A DNA stretch of 64,000 nt from a virus, in IMG/VR virus record IMGVR_UViG_3300044655_001643. One strand, 5' to 3'. This document shows positions 35,457-46,200 of this stretch, one piece after another (position 1 is the first letter of the stretch; every line of letters starts with the position of its first letter). The position numbers and the translations under genes were made by a program. Under the pieces are notes generated by a model. It made no database searches. It was not told the DNA's origin and saw only the letters and a list, made by a program, of their open reading frames with translations.

Positions 35457-38400
35457 CTAACCTCCAAATACAAGAGCCATCGCAATTGCTTTACCTGTCG
35501 ATGCCGCAGTATTGGCGGCATTAAACGCTGAATTGGCGTGATTATATGCTCCATTGATAGTTGAATTGACACCGGATGATAATTTAGCTGTCGTTACAGA
35601 ACCATCTGGTATGACAATAGTATTTGCTGCTGTGTAAAACGTTGCAACACGAACAAGTTCGCCATTCACTGGTGCTTCTGTAAATGTAATGCTGTTTGCA
35701 CTTGGATTGACGCTGTATGAAGTTAGTGGTTGAACCACACCATCAACCGTAACAAGTAACGTTTCTTTCGCTTGTGGGTTGAATCCTAAGTCAAAGGTTG
35801 TAAAGTTTCCATTTGAAGTTGTCTCAAATACCGAAACTGAAACATTTGAATTTATGTAGATATTTTGAACAAAGTAAGGATTGATTTTTTCAAAACCAAC
35901 CACACGGATGTTTTCACCATCACCAGGAGCTGTGCCAAATGTAACAGTATTCGTTGATGGATTTACAGAGTAAGCACTCTCTGGTTGTAAAATACCACCA
36001 ATCGAAACAAAGATTGCTTTATCAGATTCTGGTCTAAATCCTACATTGAATGCTGTAGATATTCCATCGCCAATATTGTTGTATGTTGAAACAACAGCAC
36101 CAGCAGAGTTGGCAACATCTAAGAAATAAGGAACTACGTTATTGAAACCAGCAACACGAATCTTTTCTCCTGCCGGTGGTGGTTCGTTAAACGAAATAGA
36201 ATTATTCGTTCTTGTTACAACATAATCATCAAATTCAGACTGAACAATACCACCAATCGAAACAATTACAGCACTATTTGATGCTGGCGCAAATCCTAAA
36301 GCAAAAGTTGAAACAGAACCATTTGCCGTTGTGGTAAAGGTAGAAACTTCAGCATTAGCGCCAGTGTTTGCTTTGTCAAACGCCGCATTTGCTTGTATGA
36401 AAGCTGCATTTGCTTGACCACGAACCCAAGGATCAGATGCATTATTTGCTGCATTGAAAGCTGCATTTGCATGAATGAACGACGAATTTGCTTGAATGAA
36501 TGCCGCATTGGCAGTATCAAATGCCGGCTGAACTTGTGGTGCTACATTGTTTGCCGAATTGAATGCTGCATTTGCATGAGCGTATGCTGAGTTTGCTTGA
36601 ATGAATCCACTATTCGCATGAACAAACGCCGAGTTTGCATATTGACTACCAGAATTTGCAGTTGCAAATGCACTGTTTGCATATGTACCACCAGAATTAG
36701 CAGCAGCAAATCCTGCATTAGCAGCGTTATATGCATCATTCGCATGGAAGAATGCTGAGTTTGCTTGAATAAATCCACTATTAGCAACTATAAACGAAGC
36801 ATTCGCATATACTGAAGCAGAGTTAGCATTGTTGTTTGCAATATTTGCTTGAGCAAATGCACCATTGGCATAGATTGCAGCAGAGTTTGCAGTGTAACTT
36901 GGTGTGTTAGCGTAAATCGATACTGTGTTCAGGTCAGCGTATGCAGAGTTTGCATGAATGAATGCGGCATTAGCAGTGTTGAATGCTGGTTGAACTTGCG
37001 GTGCTACATTGTTTGCCGAATTGAATGCGGCGTTAGCGTGATTGTATGCTGCATTAGCATATTGACCAGTTGTGTTCTGTGCATTGAACGCTGACTGTGC
37101 ATGAACTATTGCACCGTTAGCTTGAATGAACGCCGCATTTGCAGTATCAAATGATGGTTGTACTTGTGGTGCTACATTGTTGGCAGCAGCAAAAGCGGCG
37201 TTGGCATGGTTAAATGACGCATTTGCTTGAATGAATGCTGAGTTGCCTGTGTCATATGCACCACGTGTAAATCCAATTACACTTACACCATTAACCGCAA
37301 GAGTACCGAATACATTCGTAGTACCACCAGCATTACCAATATTAACAGTTGTTGCGGCACCACCCATACGAATTGTGGTAGCAGTTGTATTGAATATTAC
37401 GCCAATGAGTGATGCAGCAAGTATAGATGAAGTTGTTACAGATTGACCAAATGATCCTAGTTGAGCAAAAACTGTTTGTAGTCCAGGATGATATGTCAGT
37501 CCTGTGTTAGCACCGATGATAAGATTACCAGTTGTAGCATCAAGCAAAGCAACATTATAACTTCTAGAGCCGGCTTTAGATTCTACTCTCACATAGTTCG
37601 CCACATTGGCAGTTCCTGCTTCCACGCTATTATTAGCAATAGAGTTTGCTAAGTTGTATCCGGTATTTGCTTGAATGAACGCTGCATTTGCATACTGACC
37701 TGTAGCATTCTGAGATTCGTATGCTGAATTGGCGTGTAAGAATGCTGCATTAGCATAAGTGCCGGCAGCAGAATTAGCTGCTATGAAAGCTGCATTAGCA
37801 TGAATAAATGCCGCATTAGCATATTGACCGGTAGCATTCTGCGATTGATAAGCAGCATTAGCGTGAACAAAACCAGAATTGGCATGAATGAATGATGCAT
37901 TCGTCAAATCAAAAATGATATTCGTTCTTGGTAGAATATCAATGTTTTTGATTGTAATGAATGTTGAACGTAAATTGGCGTGTAGTGTATCAGTTATAAA
38001 CGATGGATCATTGATATCAACATTGTTTTCACCACCAATTTCTGGAGTGTAACCTTTAAATAAATGCCATTCTTTTGTTCCTGCATCACGAATTAGACCA
38101 GAGTGTGCATTTGTGCCATCATTATAATGACCAGCAAAACCTAAATCTTTCAGATCAGAAAAATAATTACCAGAACCAAGTATAATGAGAGTATCATTTG
38201 ATACTAATGTGCTTGCATTAATGCTGACAACTTGACCAGTAACAAAAAGGTTACCAACGGAAAGATTCTGAGTAACAGTTAAGTTACCAGTAATTACACC
38301 GCCACCATTGGCATCAATCGAATTATTTGCACGAATGAACGCAGCATTGGCATATTGACCTGTTGCATTCTGGCTTTCATATGCACTGTTAGAATGAATG

Positions 38401-40703
38401 AACGCTGAGTTCGCATGAATGAATGCTGAGTTAGTTGAGTCTCTGGCAACATTATCAATACCATAACCAATAAACGCAGTGTTCTGTTTTGTAGTATCTG
38501 GGAATGTTATCTGACCATCTGTACCAAAATCCCATGTATATGTACCAGCGGCTTGAATATGTGATCCACCTGGATCGGCCCATATAACCGATTGGTCAGC
38601 ATAATTCATTCTTACATAACCAGTGCCACCGTTATTGTTATATAAATCAATACCATTGGGGTAACCACTTCTGCCAATCTGTCCAGATGATCCCGGTAAT
38701 GTTATTGTACCATCATCATCAAAGGTAAAACTTTTTGTTGGTGAATCAAAAAGACCTTGATTTGTCTGAATAAGAACACCAGTTTTACCATATAATACTG
38801 CTTGACCAGCATTGTCCAAATATATTCCAGTATTGCCACTTTGTGCATTTGCTGTTATTGATAATAAACCATCACCCTGATTGGTAATTCTTGCTTTGGA
38901 TGGTTGAAATAATAAATTACCAGGAAGACCGAATACACCGTTTGAATATAACTGTGCAGTATTACCACTGTTGACTAAGTTTGCTTTGTCTGTATTTGCT
39001 TGATTGTACGCAGCATTTGCCCAAATAAATGCAGCATTAGCATATTGACCTGTTGCATTCTGACTTAGATATGCGGCATTTGCATGACCAAAACTTGCAT
39101 TTGCTTGAATAAATCCACTGTTTGCATGAATGTATGCAGCGTTAGCGGCAGCAAAAGCACCATTTGCATTAGCAAAAGCAGAGTTGGCTCCGGCAAAAGC
39201 AGCGTTAGCGTTGGCAAAGGCAGCATTCGCAGCAGCAAGCGCAGCATTCGATTGTGCATATGCAAGTGATGAGTAGATGTATAAATCTACATTACCGTTT
39301 GCTGCAAAAATGTAATTCGTAAAAATAGCATTAGCACCTGTAATGCTACCGTTTGAACCTGTTGTTGTTAGTGTATTTGATGTGACATTACCAACAATAA
39401 CAACATCACCAGTAACTTGACCGCCAACATTCGCATTCAGTGAATTGTTTGCACGAATGAATGCTGCGTTAGCCGTGTTGAACGATACATTCGCCATTGC
39501 AAAAGCGCCATTGGCATTTGCAAAAGCGGCGTTAGCTCTAGCAAAAGCACCGTTAGCATTGGCAAAAGCAGCGTTAGCGGCAGCAAAGGCACCATTGGCA
39601 TTTGCAAAGGCAGCGTTCGCTACATTACCCGTTGCATTCTGTGAACGGTATGCAGCATTTGCTTGAATAAATCCAGAGTTAGCATGAATGAATGCGCCAT
39701 TAGCGACAGTGAACGCAGCATTAGCGTATTCACCACTAGAGTTTTGACTTTCGTATGCTGAGTTAGCTTTGACAAATGCCGCATTAGCATGGTCGAACCC
39801 AGAGTTAGCATGTGCAAAGTTTGCATTTGCTAAGGTGAAGGCAGAATTGGTATACTGACCAGTTGCATTCTGTGAGATATACGCTGCATTTGCATGAGCA
39901 AAACTAGCGTTAGTCTGAATAAATGCGCTATTAGCGTGGATGAATGCAGCATTAGCCGTATCATAAGCTGGCTGAACTTGCGGGAATACATTATTGGCAG
40001 CAGCAAATGCAGCATTAGCGTGAACGAAAGCTGCATTGGCTTGAATGAATCCGGAATTGGCAGTATTGAACGCTGGTTGTATTTGAGGGAATACATTATT
40101 CGCAGCAGCAAAAGACGCATTTGCATGGTCAAAAGATGCATTGGCTTTGATGAATGCCGAGTTTGCATATGATGCTGTTGCTGAACCACCTAAGTCATCA
40201 TAGTTTGTACCATCATTTGTGAACTGCCACTTGTTACCAGTTTCATTCCACAACAAATAAACATTCGGTTGTGCGCCACGGTCAATCTCAATACCAGCAT
40301 TCATTGTCGGCTGTGCAGACTGATTGATTGCCGTATTCAATGAGATAATATTATCACCAATCATTACAACAGGTGTGTTTCCACCAATTGCACCACCAAC
40401 AATATTCAGATTACCTTGAATGGTAATGTCACCCGAAATAACACCACCAGTGTTTACATTCAGTGAGTTATTCGCACGAACGAACGCAGCATTTGCAGTA
40501 TTGAACGCAGAGTTTGTATGATTATATGAAGATGTGCCACGAACATATGAATCATATCCACCAATGGCAATAGCACCATTTTCTGCTGGACTACCAATGA
40601 AAAGTGTATTACTGCTATATGAATACGCTGGTTCACCAATGTTTAGTGCTACTGGTGTATTTGATACTAGCGAACGCTTTATTTGAATTGGTGTATTTGC
40701 CAT
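35457..40703 (-). CDS. Long fibre protein (1748 aa) with Asn/Ala heptad coiled-coil repeats; possible whisker/collar or tail fibre
   Basis: Mtd-N-like start (IQIKRS...LNIGEPAYS...LFIG), long ANAAF..ANSA heptad tracts, three C-terminal F.EAP..GE domains, C-terminus STGKAIAMALVFGG. Confidence 0.75.
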   Translation of the reverse strand: MANTPIQIKRSLVSNTPVALNIGEPAYSYSSNTLFIGSPAENGAIAIGGYDSYVRGTSSYNHTNSAFNTANAAFVRANNSLNVNTGGVISGDITIQGNLNIVGGAIGGNTPVVMIGDNIISLNTAINQSAQPTMNAGIEIDRGAQPNVYLLWNETGNKWQFTNDGTNYDDLGGSATASYANSAFIKANASFDHANASFAAANNVFPQIQPAFNTANSGFIQANAAFVHANAAFAAANNVFPQVQPAYDTANAAFIHANSAFIQTNASFAHANAAYISQNATGQYTNSAFTLANANFAHANSGFDHANAAFVKANSAYESQNSSGEYANAAFTVANGAFIHANSGFIQANAAYRSQNATGNVANAAFANANGAFAAANAAFANANGAFARANAAFANANGAFAMANVSFNTANAAFIRANNSLNANVGGQVTGDVVIVGNVTSNTLTTTGSNGSITGANAIFTNYIFAANGNVDLYIYSSLAYAQSNAALAAANAAFANANAAFAGANSAFANANGAFAAANAAYIHANSGFIQANASFGHANAAYLSQNATGQYANAAFIWANAAYNQANTDKANLVNSGNTAQLYSNGVFGLPGNLLFQPSKARITNQGDGLLSITANAQSGNTGIYLDNAGQAVLYGKTGVLIQTNQGLFDSPTKSFTFDDDGTITLPGSSGQIGRSGYPNGIDLYNNNGGTGYVRMNYADQSVIWADPGGSHIQAAGTYTWDFGTDGQITFPDTTKQNTAFIGYGIDNVARDSTNSAFIHANSAFIHSNSAYESQNATGQYANAAFIRANNSIDANGGGVITGNLTVTQNLSVGNLFVTGQVVSINASTLVSNDTLIILGSGNYFSDLKDLGFAGHYNDGTNAHSGLIRDAGTKEWHLFKGYTPEIGGENNVDINDPSFITDTLHANLRSTFITIKNIDILPRTNIIFDLTNASFIHANSGFVHANAAYQSQNATGQYANAAFIHANAAFIAANSAAGTYANAAFLHANSAYESQNATGQYANAAFIQANTGYNLANSIANNSVEAGTANVANYVRVESKAGSRSYNVALLDATTGNLIIGANTGLTYHPGLQTVFAQLGSFGQSVTTSSILAASLIGVIFNTTATTIRMGGAATTVNIGNAGGTTNVFGTLAVNGVSVIGFTRGAYDTGNSAFIQANASFNHANAAFAAANNVAPQVQPSFDTANAAFIQANGAIVHAQSAFNAQNTTGQYANAAYNHANAAFNSANNVAPQVQPAFNTANAAFIHANSAYADLNTVSIYANTPSYTANSAAIYANGAFAQANIANNNANSASVYANASFIVANSGFIQANSAFFHANDAYNAANAGFAAANSGGTYANSAFATANSGSQYANSAFVHANSGFIQANSAYAHANAAFNSANNVAPQVQPAFDTANAAFIQANSSFIHANAAFNAANNASDPWVRGQANAAFIQANAAFDKANTGANAEVSTFTTTANGSVSTFALGFAPASNSAVIVSIGGIVQSEFDDYVVTRTNNSISFNEPPPAGEKIRVAGFNNVVPYFLDVANSAGAVVSTYNNIGDGISTAFNVGFRPESDKAIFVSIGGILQPESAYSVNPSTNTVTFGTAPGDGENIRVVGFEKINPYFVQNIYINSNVSVSVFETTSNGNFTTFDLGFNPQAKETLLVTVDGVVQPLTSYSVNPSANSITFTEAPVNGELVRVATFYTAANTIVIPDGSVTTAKLSSGVNSTINGAYNHANSAFNAANTAASTGKAIAMALVFGG

Positions 40704-40712
40704 TTGTAATTC

Positions 40713-40934
40713 TTAGAATATTCCACCGTCTAGTTGATCTAAAACGGAAGTAGCAATTTTTGTCTCGAACCGATTATTTGCAGAACTATACACTAATGAA
40801 AATCCATCTTGCACACCATCAGTATTTACATCATTGATTTCGTTCAATGCCACATTAGGCTTAGGACTATACTTTGGTGATACAACGGTTGTGCGATTTG
40901 GCTGAAATACTGTGACTTTACCTAAATCTGGCAT
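40713..40934 (-). CDS. Small structural linker protein ending LDGGIF
   Basis: LNEINDVN...DG.SLVY.....F motif common in phage fibre proteins. Confidence 0.55.
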   Translation of the reverse strand: MPDLGKVTVFQPNRTTVVSPKYSPKPNVALNEINDVNTDGVQDGFSLVYSSANNRFETKIATSVLDQLDGGIF

Positions 40935-40937
40935 GAC

Positions 40938-41273
40938 TTACCTCGTAACAGATGGAAGAACTGTAGCAGTACCTTCGACTACACGTGTTACAGAATTATC
41001 GATTGAGTTTGTAATCTTTAGATCATAAACATAACGACCAGGTGTCAAATTACTTGTGTTTGCTGCTGTCATTGAAAGAGTAATTTGACCATTTGCATTT
41101 CCTGTAATGATCGCTGTCAGTGTATTTGCTGATGAAGAGTAATAAGATTTGCGTAGTTGAGCAGATGCCGAATATGTCGCAAGATTGATAGCATCACCTT
41201 GGGTATCATTTACTGTCACAGTGGATGTGAGATTTGCACCTTGCTCAATCGTGATTTCTACATATGCTGCCAA
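40938..41273 (-). CDS. Small Ig-like virion protein (BppU-N-like)
   Basis: ITIEQGA, INLATYSASAQLRKSY, GRYVYDL, RVVEG...V.P.VTR; late-promoter motif upstream. Confidence 0.65.
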   Translation of the reverse strand: MAAYVEITIEQGANLTSTVTVNDTQGDAINLATYSASAQLRKSYYSSSANTLTAIITGNANGQITLSMTAANTSNLTPGRYVYDLKITNSIDNSVTRVVEGTATVLPSVTR

Positions 41274-41317
41274 GATTGTCTCCTTCTAATCGTCTATTTA
41301 GTCAATCTCGGAAGCGT

Positions 41318-41347
41318 AAAAAAAGCCTCCGTGAAAACAGAGGCTTT
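41318..41347 (-). terminator. Intrinsic terminator after the propeller/GT module
   Basis: AAAGCCTCTG-TTTTCA-CGGAGGCTTT followed by TTTT. Confidence 0.8.
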
Positions 41348-41365
41348 GATTTTTGTTTATAAAAA

Positions 41366-41707
41366 TTATGCGTTTAGTGCATCAAGTCTGTTCCAAACCC
41401 AATTTGCTGCGGCTTCTGGATCAAAAGGAACTGTTGCAGTTGGATCTTCTGTATTTGAAAAGTCAGGTTGAGTCCATGAAGAGCCGACACTTGTGAGATA
41501 TGCTTGCAAATCTTCTTTTGTAGCAATAGTTTCAAAATCACCAGTTGCAGTATCTACAGAAATACCAATCATAACAGCATCTCTTGGTGATGGTGTAGAA
41601 GGATCGGCAACGGCATACATGCCGCCAACGCCATCTTCTCCTAGATACAGAAAATCTGGTACAGTTCCTTCTTGAGTGAGTCTATACTTAATGCAAAGAT
41701 GTGCCAT
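41366..41707 (-). CDS. Hypothetical protein
   Basis: 113-aa ORF overlapping the GT gene; KYRLTQEGTVP motif. Confidence 0.6.
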   Translation of the reverse strand: MAHLCIKYRLTQEGTVPDFLYLGEDGVGGMYAVADPSTPSPRDAVMIGISVDTATGDFETIATKEDLQAYLTSVGSSWTQPDFSNTEDPTATVPFDPEAAANWVWNRLDALNA

Positions 41708-42431
41708 TTTTTGCTCCTAATATTTCTTCTTGTTGTGCGTATTGTCCGTTGAAAAGATAAACACCAAAATGTCCTAGTTCACACCATGGTGCTAACCAGA
41801 CTGTTCCGCCATGTTCTCTGTACATATGACAAAAGTTATAATCTTCAGAAAGTAATTCGTTGTCCACATTCTGAACTTTGAAAAAGTCATAAATTTTTTC
41901 TTGACCGATTGATGAACCGCCGTTTGTATACCAACCAACATGTGGCTTCAACTTTTCAAATACATCTCGGCGTATCAACATAAAACCTGTACCGACATGC
42001 TTTACTTGAAACGGCAAATTACGGTCAATCATTTCATGTCCATCAAGTTTATTGATGTTGAAAATACCCGTCAAACTGCTCAGATCAGGATGATTGAGTA
42101 ATGCGCCTTGTCGCACACGATCCCAATCTAAGCCTTTCATCGGCACTGGACCGCCAATAATGCCTTTATCTGCTTTGATCATTTTTGCAATATCATTTGC
42201 AACAAATTTTTGATCAGCATCAATAAACATCAAGTGTGTTGCATCTGGTATTTTCAAAAAATGATGAGCAATAGTATTTCTACCACGCTGTATCAGACTT
42301 TCATTTCCCAGAAAAATGGAAGTCATTTTGATGTTGTACTGAATACATGCCTCTTTCAATGCAAGCAAAGATTGTGTATATTCAGTACACATCATACCAC
42401 CATAACACGGCGTTCCAATCACTAAGTGCAT
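41688..42431 (-). CDS. GT-A fold glycosyltransferase
   Basis: LVIGTPCYGG, ESLIQRGRN, LMFIDAD (DxD), GTGFMLIRR, LSEDYNFC, GH.G. Confidence 0.8.
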   Translation of the reverse strand: MHLVIGTPCYGGMMCTEYTQSLLALKEACIQYNIKMTSIFLGNESLIQRGRNTIAHHFLKIPDATHLMFIDADQKFVANDIAKMIKADKGIIGGPVPMKGLDWDRVRQGALLNHPDLSSLTGIFNINKLDGHEMIDRNLPFQVKHVGTGFMLIRRDVFEKLKPHVGWYTNGGSSIGQEKIYDFFKVQNVDNELLSEDYNFCHMYREHGGTVWLAPWCELGHFGVYLFNGQYAQQEEILGAKNGTSLH

Positions 42432-42450
42432 AATATTATTCCTTGTTAGT

Positions 42451-43293
42451 TCAGGATTCTTCGGTTTTCTCTGAATCGTCTTTTAGCAAAAGAGTATTTG
42501 TCAATGAAGATTTATCAAATACAGAAAAACCTCTACGTTGTGCAAATGCCTCTGGGTCTTTTTCCCACTTATCTGCACATGCTTCCAACCATTTCATTGT
42601 CATTTCATGTGTTGGTGCAACACCCTTTGAAATCAATTGATTCTCCATATTTAGATACGCAAATACTTCAGCTTGTGCCTGTGCTGCATTGATACCTAAG
42701 TCGAACAGATAAATCAAATTGCCCTCATCAATCATACCATTTCGTGAACGTGCAGCATTCAATGCTTGTTTCATACAAGTCATGATATGGTATCGAGATT
42801 CTTCACGTTCATAATCTTCTTCGGTAATCTCATTCTTACCTACTTTTTCTAACAACTGCTTGTGTTGATTGACCATGAAGTTCATTTTTCGAAGGGCACC
42901 ATTGACATGATTCTGTGTGCCTTCTAGATGAGAGTTCAATTCGAGAATCTCAATCTCTAACATTTCACGGTCAAACTCATCGGTTGCTTTTTCTAACTCA
43001 GCTTGTTTGCGCTTGAGTTCTACTTGCTTCTTACGCATATTGATGTATGCTTCTTGAAGTGCGGAACGTGTTCGGTCTATCTCTGCTAGTGTATGTTTGA
43101 TTGACCGAACTGGTGTAATTGCAGTTACATCCAGTGTTACCTGCATGAACTGTGAATGTGACTTGTGAAAGTTGCTGGTATCTTTGACAACAGCAGGCAT
43201 TCTATCCTGAATATTTTTGAGCATTACATTATATTCAGGTTTTTGCACAGCCAATGCTGTGGACATGTTACTCAAAATCAAATCATTAGACAT
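42451..43293 (-). CDS. Coiled-coil hypothetical protein associated with the propeller cluster
   Basis: 280 aa, helical/heptad, FHKSHSQFM..TLDVTAITP motif; GGAG SD. Confidence 0.6.
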   Translation of the reverse strand: MSNDLILSNMSTALAVQKPEYNVMLKNIQDRMPAVVKDTSNFHKSHSQFMQVTLDVTAITPVRSIKHTLAEIDRTRSALQEAYINMRKKQVELKRKQAELEKATDEFDREMLEIEILELNSHLEGTQNHVNGALRKMNFMVNQHKQLLEKVGKNEITEEDYEREESRYHIMTCMKQALNAARSRNGMIDEGNLIYLFDLGINAAQAQAEVFAYLNMENQLISKGVAPTHEMTMKWLEACADKWEKDPEAFAQRRGFSVFDKSSLTNTLLLKDDSEKTEES

Positions 43294-43342
43294 CTATTTC
43301 TCCTGTTTCATTGTAAAGTCATGCTATTATATAGTGTGCTGT

Positions 43343-45262
43343 TTATAGACCACCATGGGCGTTTGTACAACCTGGAGCAAATCCTGCTGCTGCTGCCAGG
43401 TCACCAAAATCAATTGAGTTTCCAATAGAAGCAATAGTTATGTATTGAATTACATTTTGATAGCTCCCACCAACCTCTCCGCCTGCCATCAAACCTCTTG
43501 TAGAAGAAGCACCTCCAGCAAGGGTGAAAGCTACAGCCAACAAATCTCCAAAATCTGTAGAATTGCCAGTTGACGCTATGGTGATATATTGAATTACATT
43601 AGTTGCACCGCCAGCAAATATTCCTCGGGTATCATTTGACAAACCACACATGCCATAATTACCAGCAATTAAATCGCCAAAATCTGTAGCATTGCCGACT
43701 GATGCGATTGTAACGTAGTCCATAATATTGACGGCCGTATTTGGACCAACAATATAGCCACCACCCCAAACTCCTCTTGTAGGTGATGACAATGCGGCAA
43801 TTGCATCTCTTGCTTGAGTCAAATCGCCAAAATCTGTAGCGTTCCCTGTTGATGCAATAGTTACATACTGAACCGTATTTTCATCAGCCGATCCATTGTA
43901 CCCACCACCAAACAGACCTCTAGTTGAAGAAGAACAGCCAGCAAGAGAATAATTTCCAGCCAACAAATCACCAAAGTCTGAAACTTTTCCAAATGTAGAA
44001 AATTCAATATATGAAATAACGTTTGATGGAGCAGATCCATCACCAGCAAAAAGACCTCTTGTAGATGATGAACACGCACCCATGTAATTTGTTTTTGTAA
44101 ACAAATCACCAAACTGATAGCCATTACCTAGCGTTGCAATATTGAAATACTGAATTGCTGATGTGCTTATACCAATTGCAACAGCGCCACCTGCCACAAA
44201 CATCATCGCAGCACTTGTTGGTGTAGGTTGGACTGCGCCGGCAGCATTAGAACATCCAGCGTTATAATATGTACTAGCTGAAAGGTCTCCAAAGTCTGTG
44301 GCATTTCCTATAGACGCTATTGTTACATACTCAATCACGTTTCTACTTGTAGCGCCATTGAATCCTCCCGCAAACACCGATCTTACAGCAGAAGCACAAG
44401 AACTTAATGCAAAAAAACCTCCAGATAAATCTCCAAAATCTGTAGCGTTTCCAATTGAAGCGATAGTAACATAATCAATTATATTTAATGCTGAACTTAC
44501 AATTCCACCAGCAAAAAGACTTCTTGTGCTTGAAGCCGACGATGCTCCAGCATATCGAGCTACAGTTAAATCACCAAAATCACTTGAATTTCCAGCCGAG
44601 GCGATTGCTATGTAGTCAATAACATTTGAAACACTTTGCGCTCTATATTGTGTTCCAATCAATCCTCTTGTGTCTGATGCAGAGCTTGATGTTACATACA
44701 TTTTTGCTGAGAGATCACCAAAATCTACAGCGTTTCCTGTTGATGCGATTGTAATGTATTGAATTACGTTTGAACCATTTGCATCAGATCCATTGTAATC
44801 AGCAAAAAATAGTCCTCTTACATGATTTGAACACGCCGAAAGATATCCTCCGGTTGCAATCAAATCACCAAAATCTACAGCGTTCCCAGCCGCAGCAAAA
44901 GTTACATATTCAATCACATTAGCATAACCACCGCCGCCACCAAAAATTCCACGAACTGAAGAGGCGCAACTAGCAAGCTGATATAAACCACTTCCTGCAG
45001 TCAAATCTCCAAAATCAGTAGCATTAGCCGGATTTACAATTGATATTCTATCAATCGTATTGACGCCAACCCCACCAGCTACACCACCACCAAACAAACC
45101 AATCGGTGCTACATTCCCCACAATAGGCCACAATCCTTGTTTGTTCCAATATGCTGCTAACTCTAATGTCCACACACCTGAAGCTGCACTGTCTTGATAA
45201 GGACCAGCAGGAGTAACAGGTGTGCTTCTGATTACACCACCAGGATAACTTTTGATACCCAT
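43343..45262 (-). CDS. Kelch-like beta-propeller protein (12 repeats, two six-bladed propellers)
   Basis: 12 copies of RGLFxGG...IxYVTIASxGNAxDFGDL; N-terminal ASGVWTL motif. Confidence 0.7.
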   Translation of the reverse strand: MGIKSYPGGVIRSTPVTPAGPYQDSAASGVWTLELAAYWNKQGLWPIVGNVAPIGLFGGGVAGGVGVNTIDRISIVNPANATDFGDLTAGSGLYQLASCASSVRGIFGGGGGYANVIEYVTFAAAGNAVDFGDLIATGGYLSACSNHVRGLFFADYNGSDANGSNVIQYITIASTGNAVDFGDLSAKMYVTSSSASDTRGLIGTQYRAQSVSNVIDYIAIASAGNSSDFGDLTVARYAGASSASSTRSLFAGGIVSSALNIIDYVTIASIGNATDFGDLSGGFFALSSCASAVRSVFAGGFNGATSRNVIEYVTIASIGNATDFGDLSASTYYNAGCSNAAGAVQPTPTSAAMMFVAGGAVAIGISTSAIQYFNIATLGNGYQFGDLFTKTNYMGACSSSTRGLFAGDGSAPSNVISYIEFSTFGKVSDFGDLLAGNYSLAGCSSSTRGLFGGGYNGSADENTVQYVTIASTGNATDFGDLTQARDAIAALSSPTRGVWGGGYIVGPNTAVNIMDYVTIASVGNATDFGDLIAGNYGMCGLSNDTRGIFAGGATNVIQYITIASTGNSTDFGDLLAVAFTLAGGASSTRGLMAGGEVGGSYQNVIQYITIASIGNSIDFGDLAAAAGFAPGCTNAHGGL

Positions 45263-46200
45263 TATTGAAGTCCTCCGTTACCAGATGAAGTTGCAGCACC
45301 TCCACTAGCGACAACAGTTAAGTCACCAAAGTCTATAGCATTTCCTGTTGTGGCAATTGTTACATATTGAATCGTGTTTACTGCAACAGTTGTATATCCT
45401 CCTGCAAAAATTCCTCTTGTTGGGTTAGAGGTAGAAGCCATATATCCAGTTGGGGTCAGCAAATCACCAAAATCAGTAAAGTTTCCAATAGTGGCGATTG
45501 TTACATAATCTATTATATTTGTAAGATCACCGCCAGCCATTAAGCCTCGAACTCCGTTTGAACAGCCCTGTACTCCTTGTTTGGTAGCATTGGTACCAGT
45601 CAAGTTTCCGAATGTTGTACCATTTCCTGTCGTTGCTATAGTCACATATTCACAAGCGACTGTTGGACCACCCGTTGTTGATAAGTTTGCTATTGCCCTA
45701 GTAGAAGAAAAAGTAGAGCCTCCATAGTTCACAGCGGTAGACAAAGTTCCAAAACTAGTCACTGATCCGGTTGTAGCGATGGTGACATATTCAATGAGGT
45801 TATTACTGCCTTCACCGCCGATTATCAAACCACGGGTTGTTGAGTTTGCTCCAGTTGCCCCGTTGTGTTGTTGAGCTGCAAGGGCTCCCCAATCTATTGC
45901 ATTGCCCTGTGTTGCAATGGTGACGTAGCTGACAATCTGTCTAGAATAATAACCACCGGCAAATATGGCACGGGTGCTAGAACCAAATCCAGCAAGTCCC
46001 CAAGTTGCATAAAGAAGGTCACCAAAATCTGTAGCGTTTCCAGTAGATGCCACCGCAACATAACTAATTACATTATTGTCGCCAAGAGTCGATATATTAC
46101 CACCTGCAATAAGCGCACGTGAAGTATCATTGGTCCACTGATTCTGTCCCACTGCTTGAAATACTGCTGGAAGACTCCATACACCAGAATAACTAGGCAT
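45262..46200 (-). CDS. Kelch-like beta-propeller protein (6 repeats)
   Basis: 6 DFGDL-type repeats; N-terminal YSGVWSL motif. Confidence 0.7.
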   Translation of the reverse strand: MPSYSGVWSLPAVFQAVGQNQWTNDTSRALIAGGNISTLGDNNVISYVAVASTGNATDFGDLLYATWGLAGFGSSTRAIFAGGYYSRQIVSYVTIATQGNAIDWGALAAQQHNGATGANSTTRGLIIGGEGSNNLIEYVTIATTGSVTSFGTLSTAVNYGGSTFSSTRAIANLSTTGGPTVACEYVTIATTGNGTTFGNLTGTNATKQGVQGCSNGVRGLMAGGDLTNIIDYVTIATIGNFTDFGDLLTPTGYMASTSNPTRGIFAGGYTTVAVNTIQYVTIATTGNAIDFGDLTVVASGGAATSSGNGGLQ

